From: Savitreella phatthalungensis
Lineage: Eukaryota
Direction of reading: 5' to 3'
Assembly: GCA_051599415.1 (NCBI GenBank)
Contig: AP039690.1
Location: 310,001 to 374,000, forward strand
DNA: 64,000 nt
Part shown: positions 1 to 8,657 of the stretch, piece after piece
Numbering within the stretch: position 1 is the first letter of the stretch
Layout of the letters: every line of letters begins with the position of its first letter
Notes under the pieces: generated by a model
Told to the model about the DNA's origin: nothing
Databases searched by the model: none
What the model saw: the letters and a program-made list of their open reading frames with translations, nothing else
Translations under genes and position numbers: made by a program

Positions 1-1052
1 CACGGTCCTTCGTGATGTGTTGGACGGAGTGGGAGAATGTGTTCCAGGGTAAGGCCATGTCTGGTCCAGTGCCGCTCGCGCTGGCCCGTTGCGCTGAGGT
101 GCTGACAGCCGACTGTATCTTGGGACACCTGGTCTGGGACTGCTGTACAAGGGCAACGGGCTGCTGCGCACATCAGAGGTCTCTCGGCGACGTTTTGGTG
201 ACTGTCTGTCACAAGGTGGCTCCAGTGGGAGGTCATTGGTAGGGTGCACGAGCACACTTGTGGCGTCTGTGAGATCTGTGACCGGGGGCGCCGCGTTGTC
301 TGCCCCGACGCGCTCGATCGGCGCCATTGCAAGCTGGGAGGCTGTCAAGATTGGCTGGGAGTTCTCGTTGATCTGAGACTGGCAGAGGTCACACAGCCGA
401 CGGCCTGCATTGATGCAAGTCGCTCGTCTGCCATCAAGAAAGTCCTGCATTACTGCCGTCCGGCACTCGACAGCACTCAGCAGCCTTCTCATCTGCAGCA
501 CAGACTGGATCCGTAGCAGGCCCGCAGTGTCTCGGTTCTCGTCCTCAGGAGGCAGGAAACCTCCCGACGGCATCAGAACATATGACCACGCACCCTTGCC
601 ATCGCGCCCTGCCCTGCCAATCTCCTGTGCGTAGTCGATCAAAGAGTACGGCGCGTTGCTGTGCACAACAAGCCGGATATCTGCACAGTCCAATCCGGTG
701 CCGAGGGCGGTGGTGCCCACGATAACGAGTCTCGAGGAATCCTGCCGCCATGCAGCGAGTATCCGCTCGCGTTGGATATGGTGGACGCTCCCGTGGATGA
801 GCGGCCAGCTGTTCTCCTCGGCCAGCTGTGTGGCTGCATGCCTTGTCTTGCAGATGACCATGGCACGATCGTCGGGCTTGATCCTGTGGCGGTCGAGCAG
901 GCGCAGCACTGTCTCAGACACAAGCTTGGAGGTGAGCCTCTGGACGGTCTCGACATTCAGGCTGATGTCCTTGCGGATGGTTTCGTGGTCCCGGAAGACA
1001 ATTGTTGGCATGGGGTGGTCTCGCAACACCTTCTCTGCGAGGTCATTCTGCC
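1..1052 (-). pseudogene. 5'-truncated RecQ-family helicase (telomere-linked helicase-like); frame runs off the left edge
   Basis: Manual translation of the minus strand is stop-free from the telomere junction to base 1. It contains RAMVICKT (motif IV), VIVGTTALGTGLD (V), YAQEIGRAGRDGK (VI) and the RecQ Zn module CRTAVMQDFLDG..TC..LCDLC. Motifs I-III are absent because TTAGGG repeats begin at 1053. Confidence 0.9.
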
Positions 1053-1106
1053 TTAGGGTTAGGGTTAGGGTTAGGGTTAGGGTTAGGGTTAGGGTTAGGG
1101 TTAGGG
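1053..1106 (+). repeat. Telomeric array (TTAGGG)9, right-end orientation
   Basis: Nine perfect TTAGGG units read directly. Confidence 0.98.
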
Positions 1107-1158
1107 TTACGTATTGCTAAGGTTAAGACTACTTTCTGCCTTTGCGAGAACAGCACCT
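1106..1158 (+). other. Oxford Nanopore adapter 3' end plus native barcode NB06 with flanks (library artefact)
   Basis: GTTACGTATTGCT (1106-1118) + AAGGTTAA (1119-1126) + GACTACTTTCTGCCTTTGCGAGAA (1127-1150, 24 nt) + CAGCACCT (1151-1158). This matches, from memory, the adapter/flank/NB06/flank layout of ONT native barcoding. Confidence 0.95.
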
Positions 1159-1254
1159 AACCCTAACCCTAACCCTAACCCTAACCCTAACCCTAACCCT
1201 AACCCTAACCCTAACCCTAACCCTAACCCTAACCCTAACCCTAACCCTAACCCT
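1159..1254 (+). repeat. Telomeric array (CCCTAA)n, left-end orientation
   Basis: 15 perfect CCCTAA units at 1161-1250 plus partial units on both sides. Confidence 0.98.
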
Positions 1255-1300
1255 CAAAAACTAACCGCCGTCAAACTATCCAATGCCCCAACCCTTGCTC

Positions 1301-1345
1301 TGCTTTGCTCGCTTGCTTGCTTGCTCGCTTGCTCGCTTGCTTGCT
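1301..1345. repeat. Telomere-adjacent (GCTT/GCTC)n microsatellite
   Basis: tgctttgctcgcttgcttgcttgctcgcttgctcgcttgcttgct read directly. Confidence 0.85.
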
Positions 1346-1584
1346 AACCTTGTTTCTCTGCTCATGCCTGCTGCCTTGCTACACCTCACTTGTCCGCACG
1401 CATACGCGCCTGCTGGTCTTAAACATCATCATCATCTTGCTGTCGTCTTGGTGCTCCTCTGTGCTGCTCCTCTCTCTGCTGTACTCCTGCTCTCAACACC
1501 CCATCTGTCTGACACTCTTCTTCCTGTTTACCTGAAACATCCCATGCCATTTACTCCCCACATTCCGACTGTTATCCGCTCTGT

Positions 1585-1824
1585 CACCTGTTTCATCTGC
1601 AACTGCACCATCTCCTGCCAAATGCCGTCACATGCATGTCACCTGTCACACTCTCTTACCTGCATGTCGCCTGTCAAATGCTGTTACCTGCACTGCCACC
1701 TGTCAAACATCTTTATCTTTACCTGCAACACAGCTGTCAACCGCCTATACCTGCAACACATCTGTCAAATGCCATTACCTGCACCATCATCTGGCAAATG
1801 CTGTTGCCTGCACCGTCACCTGAC
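1585..1824. repeat. Degenerate subtelomeric minisatellite, 28-29-bp unit, about 8 copies
   Basis: Units start at about 1585, 1612, 1640, 1668, 1697, 1731, 1759 and 1788; approximate consensus CAYCTGTCAAATGCYRTTACCTGCA.. Confidence 0.8.
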
Positions 1825-2399
1825 CCACCGCCCCGCTCTGTGACCCAACATTTGTCAAACCCTTGATCTGCCAATTGCTGTTCACCTGTCATCTACTGTT
1901 TTCTGTTTCTGTCACTCACTGTTGCCTGCACTGTCCCCTGTTTCATCACTTCACTGCCATCTGTCAAATGCTGTCATCTGTTAAACACTGCAACATCACT
2001 TGATATATATCATTCCTGCACTGTCACTTGTTGTTTGAACACCTGGCCCCTGCCACTGACTCTGTCTCTGCTTGTTGTGAACATCATCTACTTGGCCCTG
2101 GTCTCATGCTGGCGCCTGTTGTGCAACATCAATTGACTGTGATTGACTCCATTATCACATGGCATGCACTGTTTCCTCCACTGTTAATTGTCCAATCCAT
2201 TGTGTGCGCTGTGCTGTGCCCTTTCCTCCACAACTCACTCTAATTCACTCTGCCTTGCTCCTCTTGACTGTCTTGTGCACTGTCACATGTACTTGCGACT
2301 GTCATGCACTGTAATCTGTCCACTATGTTGTGTCTGTGCCTGTCTGTGCTCCTTGTATGCCTCATTCAATTATTGAGTCTGTGCTTTATAGACTGTGAT

Positions 2400-2592
2400 G
2401 GCTGCTGCTGCTACCACACTGACTACATCTGACATTCCCTTCACTCCTTCTAATACTGCCACTACTACAGCTACTACTGCATTCACTGCTGCTGCTGTTC
2501 CTACCGCTGCAATCACTGCTGCTGTTCCTACTGCTGCTGCTGCTGCTGCTGCTACCACTACTACTGCTGCTACTACTGCTGCTGGTACTGCT
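2400..2592. repeat. Imperfect (GCT/ACT)n trinucleotide tract
   Basis: Runs of gctgct and actact with interruptions. Confidence 0.8.
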
Positions 2593-3798
2593 GTCGGTGT
2601 GCATGCAACAAATTCATCGAGCGCTGCAGATTGGTTCTGCAATTTGGGCTGCAGTGAGTTCTGAATTTGCTGTGTGCTGCAGATTGGTCCTTGCTGTTTG
2701 GTCTTGCAGTTTAGGTAGTCCCTAAATGTTGACTTCCAGCTAGGGGTGCCATGCAGTATTTCATCCCTAACTTCATGGTTATTATCTGGCGCCGCTGAAA
2801 ACAGTTTGGGATCTTTGGACAGAATATGATTAGGTTCCGGAGCCCGCACAGCGCCTCTGTCTAAGCTAGGAGCCTGCACAGAGGACTTGTTCCTTGTGTC
2901 GGAGTTCGCACAGAACACGTGTTTCGAGCGGTTGATATCGACGGATCCCACGCGGAACAGCGTTACAAAAGTAAAATCCCGGCCGGAGCTCTCCTCCACA
3001 TCTCGGAGCCTGCTAAAATGCGCCTGATGGTGCTACAAGTCCTTTCCAGCGCACAACTTTGGCCGTGGATGTTCGTGGCCCACTGCTGACTCCACTGAGG
3101 TTTTGATCCATTTATTATCATTGCACCTGAACTTCACGTGTGCTTCGCAAGATCAATCGCACTGCGACCTGTGATGCAACGCTGATTGTGACATCAGCTG
3201 CCACGCATTATTACTCGCGCTTTTGCTTGCCAGAAAATGTTATTTGCTCTGCTACCTCTCTTGCACTGTTGGTTGCAACGTACTTTGTAGCGCGGCATCA
3301 ATCTGACTCAAGTACGCTGGCCCGTGTCTAATTTACTGCCAAGTGCTGCTATGGCACTTGTTGCACACCGTCACCAACACTGTCACCTGTCATACACTGT
3401 AAGCTACCGTCTGTAAATTCCCTGTTGCTGTTATCAACGTATGCCATTATGACCCGCACAGCCACACTGTCTCTACCAGCCACTACCGATCACGATCAAT
3501 TGATCATGCCTGAGGTCACATAAGAAGGTGATTTCCCACTCGTAGCATAATCTTATCTTCCCTCCCCTCCGTGTGCCCGGCTTAACAGTTGCACTCCAAT
3601 CTTTTCAAATTTTGCTGAAACTTCGAGTATGACACGTGCTACGAACGATAATTGATCGATCGATATCGATTAAGTGTTAGGCCGACCTATGCGTGGTCAA
3701 TCGAGGCCTGTTGTGGTAGGTCGAAGGTGTAGCTTATAACAGCAATCGGCAAACGCGGGCAGACACAGCCGCGGAAGACGTGTAAGAAGGTTGTCCTG

Positions 3799-4764
3799 AT
3801 GACGGAGCTCACCGTCGGCAAAAGAGCTAGAGAGGAAGTAGCAGACGCTCCGGAAGGGCCTGCCAAGCGCATCGAGATCGAGGCGGAGTCACCCGAAGCT
3901 CCCACGAACGATCAGACCTCTGCACAGTCATCGACAAATGCTACAGGTGAGAAAGCAGTAGCACCAGCAGAGCAGTCGGCGTTACCAGCGAACGCAATTC
4001 CCGGTGAACATGAGCCGTCCGCGAAGAAAACGGGCTTTGGAAGCGCTCCTGGATTCGCGTCCGCAATAACCTCTAGCGGCTTTTCCAGCGCATTTGGAGG
4101 CTTCGCTGCGGCGGCGGCTGCTGGAGGAGGCAGCGGCTTCGCAGCAGCGAGCTCATCAGAGCCGTCCTCCTTTGACGCCTTGCTAAAGGCGGATAAAGAG
4201 AAGGCAGAAGTTGAGGAGGACGAGGCCGACGGTGACGGTGTCAATCTAGATGATGACCGTTATGTGGCCGTCCGTGGGCTGACGCAGAAAGAAATTGTAA
4301 CTGGCGAGGAGGACGAGTCGTGTATATTTACCAGCAGGTGCAAGCTTTATGCACTGGATGTGAGACAGAAGGATGGCTGGAAGGAGCGCGGAGTCGGTAA
4401 TCTGAGAATCCTCGAGGGTGAGAGTGGCACACGTCTGGTAATGCGAGCAGATGCAGTGCTCCGCGTCATCCTCAATTCTCCTTTGATGCCTACGTATACA
4501 AAGGTTGAGGATGGCGGTGAGGCTTTAGGGGACAAGACGGTCCGTGTCAACGGATTTGAAGACGGACGGCCTCTTTTGTATGCTCTGAGGTGCGGTAGCC
4601 GGGCTGCAGCACTTGAGCTGAAGGTGGCAATTGAGCGTGCGATCAAAGGCTTGTCTAGCCAGAACGAGGAGTCGGACACGAACGAGAGCGAGCCTCGGCC
4701 AAGCACGAGCGGCACAGATCCCGCAGGAGCACCTACTCGGGACGACATCGACGAAAAGGTCTAA
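3799..4764 (+). CDS. Ran-binding (RanBD) protein, Yrb2/Hba1-like
   Basis: TGEEDE..CKLY..WKERGVGNLRIL..RLVMRADAVLRVILN RanBP1 domain; FG/GF-rich middle; N-terminal KR..KR NLS-like segment. Confidence 0.88.
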   Translation: MTELTVGKRAREEVADAPEGPAKRIEIEAESPEAPTNDQTSAQSSTNATGEKAVAPAEQSALPANAIPGEHEPSAKKTGFGSAPGFASAITSSGFSSAFGGFAAAAAAGGGSGFAAASSSEPSSFDALLKADKEKAEVEEDEADGDGVNLDDDRYVAVRGLTQKEIVTGEEDESCIFTSRCKLYALDVRQKDGWKERGVGNLRILEGESGTRLVMRADAVLRVILNSPLMPTYTKVEDGGEALGDKTVRVNGFEDGRPLLYALRCGSRAAALELKVAIERAIKGLSSQNEESDTNESEPRPSTSGTDPAGAPTRDDIDEKV

Positions 4765-4839
4765 ATGAAAGTTTGTACTTACAAAGTTGAAGCAAAGGGT
4801 GCAAGAAACAAAGCGACAATGTTGTCTTGACGCATTACA

Positions 4840-7800
4840 CTACACCTCTCGCTCGACCATATTATCCTCTCTATTGAGGGACAGGGCTTTCGACATCTTC
4901 GAGACGCCCTTCTGGACACCGTTTTTCATCCAGACGGCCGTTCGTGCGGACTTCTGCTGCATGATACCGCGGTGACGGCGGTGCTTCTCCCGCCTGCTTC
5001 GTTGTGTTTCCTCGTACCATTGCTTAGGCGCTGTAAAGACTTTAGAAGCAGAATTGCGTCGGCGCCGGTGTGCCGCAGGATCTAGGGCTGCGACAGATTC
5101 GAGAGACGAATTGCTATGAGAGTCCCATTCGTCATCTTCCTCCACAACTGGTTCGTCGGCTTGACCCGCGCCACTGTCCTGATCAATGTCGTTGCCTTCT
5201 TTGTCTCTCACGAATTTGATCTTCCTAGCTCCCGGAAGAAGGATGTTGCCCTCAGGCCGTCGGATTGAGGACGCATCGGAGTTGGAGGATGATGAGCCAG
5301 AGCTTCGCCGAGAGAGTGACTTGTTATGATGTTGTTTTTCCCTCAACTTCTGCTCGAGTGCACGCTCGTAGCTGAGGCGCTCAAAGTGGTCGCGCTCTGC
5401 CTCCCATGATTCGTGCGTTTGAGCGAGGTCGTTCGAGCGCTTGATAAATTTCCGATGCACGTCTGACAGACCCTTGACAAGAATGAGGTCACATTCAAGA
5501 TAGCCGACCGGAACCATGTCTGCTTGCGAAAGGCTGTTCTGGCGGAAGCGATGCGAATCGTCCGGCTCGAAGATTGGCAGCTTGATGACATTTCTGACGT
5601 CGTCGTCGATAGAAGACAAAGACACGAGTGATGCACCGATAACGTTAGTGAAGAGCCCCGGCTTGTGCAGCTCGAATGAAAGGGACGTCGCATGTCTGCG
5701 CCTTACAGGGAAAACGATCGGAGACCCAACTTGCCACATCACACCATTGTCCCCGTATTTGTGTGCATTGAACGACGAAATCGACTTGTGACCAAGCACG
5801 GCGTCTATTCGCAACGAGCAGTTGTCCGGAAGGTGATGATTATCTGAACACACGGCGCGCACAGCGTGGATGTGCAGCGTGCCGACGTTCCAGCCTTGCA
5901 GTGAGCGCGGGATTTTATTGGAGCAATTGCGGAATAGTAAGCTTACGCGGATTACGCCATAACCAATACCTTCACTAAGCGGATACCACCGCGTTATTTG
6001 ACCCTGTGTTGCGAGCTCATCTGCAAGGGCCAGTGGAAGGATACCCACGATCGGGTCTGCCTCTCGGAAACGCTGATCGCGCACGACTAGTCTGAGCTTG
6101 GCGTCTCGCGCGCTTCTCAGAAAACGTTCGAATGAGGCGTTGAAGATTGGACGATTTGTGTATGCTCGAGTCCTCGTCTTATAGACAAGTTCGTCATTGA
6201 GAATGACACAGCAGTAGCTCGACGGAGCTGTGCCGCTGTCATCCTCCTTGCCTTGTTCAACCTTGCCAGCCAAAGCCATTCCATTTCTGCTGTGTATTTT
6301 GTCTCGTGGCCGCACGACGCCCAGATCTGTGATCTGGTGGATCTGAACGGAGAGGATGCCTGGGAAATTGTAGTCAGGCGGCGTGCGCCCGATGATCTTC
6401 TCTGTGCGCGAGTCAAAGCACCAGCGCGCCTCTTCGGGCCGAAATGCGGGATCGTCCCGAAGCGCCTCCGGCACCCTTGCATCCACGGCCGGTGGGATCT
6501 CAACCTCGTCATCGATCGCCTTCTTGCCGAAGAATCCGATGCTCCAGGACAATTGTCCTTTGCGGGTACCAACGATGTGATCACGCCGACGTTCCAGCTT
6601 CCCGGGATTTAAAACGAGCGTCGTCAAGTCGACCTCAACTCTCCCGACGTGGTCATCCGCTGTGAGCCTGTCAGAGTCCCAGAGATTGATGCGCACCCGC
6701 TCTGCGGCCTTGACGCTGCCCGGAAGAATCGGCAAAAAACATGTTTCCTCCCATACAGGCTGTCGATCCTGAGCGATGACACGCGTTGAGTACATCGTCT
6801 TTCCGAAATTGCTGAATTGCACTGTCAGGTAGGGATCGATTTTTGACTTACCAGGCCGATGATCTGTCCGAGGCAGGTCGGTAGCGCCGTGCATGGCGAT
6901 CATGAGGACGCCGATCGCAGCAGTCTCTTTCTTTACATCATCTCCGATCATAAGTTTAGACAGGTCAAGTGTGTAGCTGCGCGGGGCTATGAAGCCCTTC
7001 GCGACAGTCTTAACAGCAAACGCTACCAGCTGCGAGACAAATGGAAGATTCATGACGTTGATGAAGTGCGTCGTGATAGGTCGCGTGGACAGCTCTACTT
7101 TGGGCTGGCCTAGCAGAGTCAAAGTACAGTTCTTGACGAATGGCGGATCTGGTAGTAGCTGGACTCTGACCCGTGCCTTGCCCATTATGCCGTGTACTTC
7201 GACCCAGATCGGAATTGGGATACCCAACACGTTTCGGAGACCGACAAGGAACCAGATCAGCAGATGGATGTTCTGCGCCTTTTGCGTATGCTTGCTGCTG
7301 CCAGACCTGCCAGCGCGGTAACCGTAGGACACCTCGAGATTTACGTATTCGCCGCTCGAATCCTCGTCTCCACGAGGGGCACCGTCGTCTGGGAGATATC
7401 TCATTGAGGTTACTCGCAGTGGTACGGCGCCGATGTCGAGGTCGGAAACCTTCACCGTATGCACAACCCCGGGCACCTGGCGCTGAAGGACGTCCTCGAG
7501 TAAGTCCACTGGCGATGCGAACAATTCCGGATTGATGGTCGGCCAGATTGTGCGTATGATGTTGTTCAGCCATTCGACCGATTCCGGAAGCGCCTGTACG
7601 GTTGCTATCTCGCCGCGTACTTTTTCTGCTGCGCCGAAGCTATCATTGTAGAGTGTCTCGATGCGATTGCGCACAAACAGCACCGATACAACGCCTGCCG
7701 CGATGTTCAGCCAGAGGCTGTAACGAGACGGCAGGAACGAGAGCGTCAGCTGTATGCATGCCATGGCAAAGATGAGGATATATCCCCACTGAAAGATGCT

Positions 7801-8613
7801 CCTTATGGCTTCATCCCGTAAATCGCGCCATTCTGGGACCTCCATCGGATAGAAAAGGACGTTCGTCTTGTCATCTTTGAAGGGAATTTTGTGAAGCTTT
7901 CGGAGCAGCTCAGTCGCAGCCGAATCCTCGCCTTTCAGCGCGGCAAATTTGGGCGCAACAACTCCCTCGGTCTGTAGAGCTCGTCGGATCGAGCCCGTGT
8001 GGTTGCCGATCCAGATGTCTTGTCCTGTGACAGGGTCCTTGACGAGTTTTTGTCTCCTGCGCAATTTTCTTTCTTTCTTCTCGATCTCGAGTTCATCCTT
8101 GGTAAGTTCAACCTTGGCATCTTCCTCGAAAAGCTGCGTGTCACCGCGCACGAGCCGATACTGTGCATCCGGATCGTCCTCGTCGCGTTCAATCGTGCCA
8201 CTGCGGAGAGAAGACGAATCGCCCGATTCTCTCTCGAGCCTTGTGCTATTCCGCTCTGCTGGGCCATCTTCCGGCTGGAGATGCTGTGGTGCCTCGTCTC
8301 CGCGCTCCCGCTGATTACTGCCTGTGATCGTCTGCTCAGCCGGTTCAGATTTCGTCTGACTAGGTATATGATTTGTGCCTGAACCGACGCCCGTCTCGTT
8401 AGATGTTGGAGGCTTGTAGGCTGTGGATTCCAAAGCTTTGGTCGATACAGCAGGCTGACTCTGCGGACGAAATTGCGACCGAATGCTATGATGTGCCTCA
8501 TTAGCCATATCGAGCTCAGGCCGAGCCTTTTGCGCCTGTTCTTCCGGAACGATCTGTGCACCGAGGGGCGCCGGCACTGCTGCCCTCTGCGGCTCGTGCA
8601 GGTTCACGTCCAT
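4840..8613 (-). CDS. SMP + multiple C2 domain membrane protein (tricalbin-related, Mug190-like)
   Basis: TM hairpin followed by PESVEWLNNII..IWP (SMP) and C2 domains (IDPYL..WEE..WDSDRLTADD). Start placed at ATG 8613 to avoid overlap with ALG9; start uncertain. Confidence 0.88.
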   Translation of the reverse strand: MDVNLHEPQRAAVPAPLGAQIVPEEQAQKARPELDMANEAHHSIRSQFRPQSQPAVSTKALESTAYKPPTSNETGVGSGTNHIPSQTKSEPAEQTITGSNQRERGDEAPQHLQPEDGPAERNSTRLERESGDSSSLRSGTIERDEDDPDAQYRLVRGDTQLFEEDAKVELTKDELEIEKKERKLRRRQKLVKDPVTGQDIWIGNHTGSIRRALQTEGVVAPKFAALKGEDSAATELLRKLHKIPFKDDKTNVLFYPMEVPEWRDLRDEAIRSIFQWGYILIFAMACIQLTLSFLPSRYSLWLNIAAGVVSVLFVRNRIETLYNDSFGAAEKVRGEIATVQALPESVEWLNNIIRTIWPTINPELFASPVDLLEDVLQRQVPGVVHTVKVSDLDIGAVPLRVTSMRYLPDDGAPRGDEDSSGEYVNLEVSYGYRAGRSGSSKHTQKAQNIHLLIWFLVGLRNVLGIPIPIWVEVHGIMGKARVRVQLLPDPPFVKNCTLTLLGQPKVELSTRPITTHFINVMNLPFVSQLVAFAVKTVAKGFIAPRSYTLDLSKLMIGDDVKKETAAIGVLMIAMHGATDLPRTDHRPGKSKIDPYLTVQFSNFGKTMYSTRVIAQDRQPVWEETCFLPILPGSVKAAERVRINLWDSDRLTADDHVGRVEVDLTTLVLNPGKLERRRDHIVGTRKGQLSWSIGFFGKKAIDDEVEIPPAVDARVPEALRDDPAFRPEEARWCFDSRTEKIIGRTPPDYNFPGILSVQIHQITDLGVVRPRDKIHSRNGMALAGKVEQGKEDDSGTAPSSYCCVILNDELVYKTRTRAYTNRPIFNASFERFLRSARDAKLRLVVRDQRFREADPIVGILPLALADELATQGQITRWYPLSEGIGYGVIRVSLLFRNCSNKIPRSLQGWNVGTLHIHAVRAVCSDNHHLPDNCSLRIDAVLGHKSISSFNAHKYGDNGVMWQVGSPIVFPVRRRHATSLSFELHKPGLFTNVIGASLVSLSSIDDDVRNVIKLPIFEPDDSHRFRQNSLSQADMVPVGYLECDLILVKGLSDVHRKFIKRSNDLAQTHESWEAERDHFERLSYERALEQKLREKQHHNKSLSRRSSGSSSSNSDASSIRRPEGNILLPGARKIKFVRDKEGNDIDQDSGAGQADEPVVEEDDEWDSHSNSSLESVAALDPAAHRRRRNSASKVFTAPKQWYEETQRSRREKHRRHRGIMQQKSARTAVWMKNGVQKGVSKMSKALSLNREDNMVEREV

Positions 8614-8657
8614 GTGTGTACAACGCAAGTTGGTGCCGACAACATCGACGTCATTTT

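Noticed and set aside
1..1052. Telomere-targeted retrotransposon (gag or RT)
   Set aside because: No RT or CCHC knuckle motifs; the cysteines fit the RecQ zinc module after helicase motif VI.
1053..1254. Genuine chromosome end-to-end fusion or interstitial telomere site
   Set aside because: The spacer is accounted for base by base by ONT adapter and barcode sequence.
656..1347. ORFs with (RV)n and (PN)n dipeptide repeats
   Set aside because: Translations of the telomere arrays and adapter; the real coding frame here is the minus-strand helicase.
1585..1824. CRISPR-like array
   Set aside because: Degenerate tandem units without unique spacers, eukaryotic context, no cas genes.
1283..2664. 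Cys/His/Leu-rich and Ala/Thr-rich ORFs in the subtelomere
   Set aside because: By-products of low-complexity, strand-skewed repeats; no family motifs.
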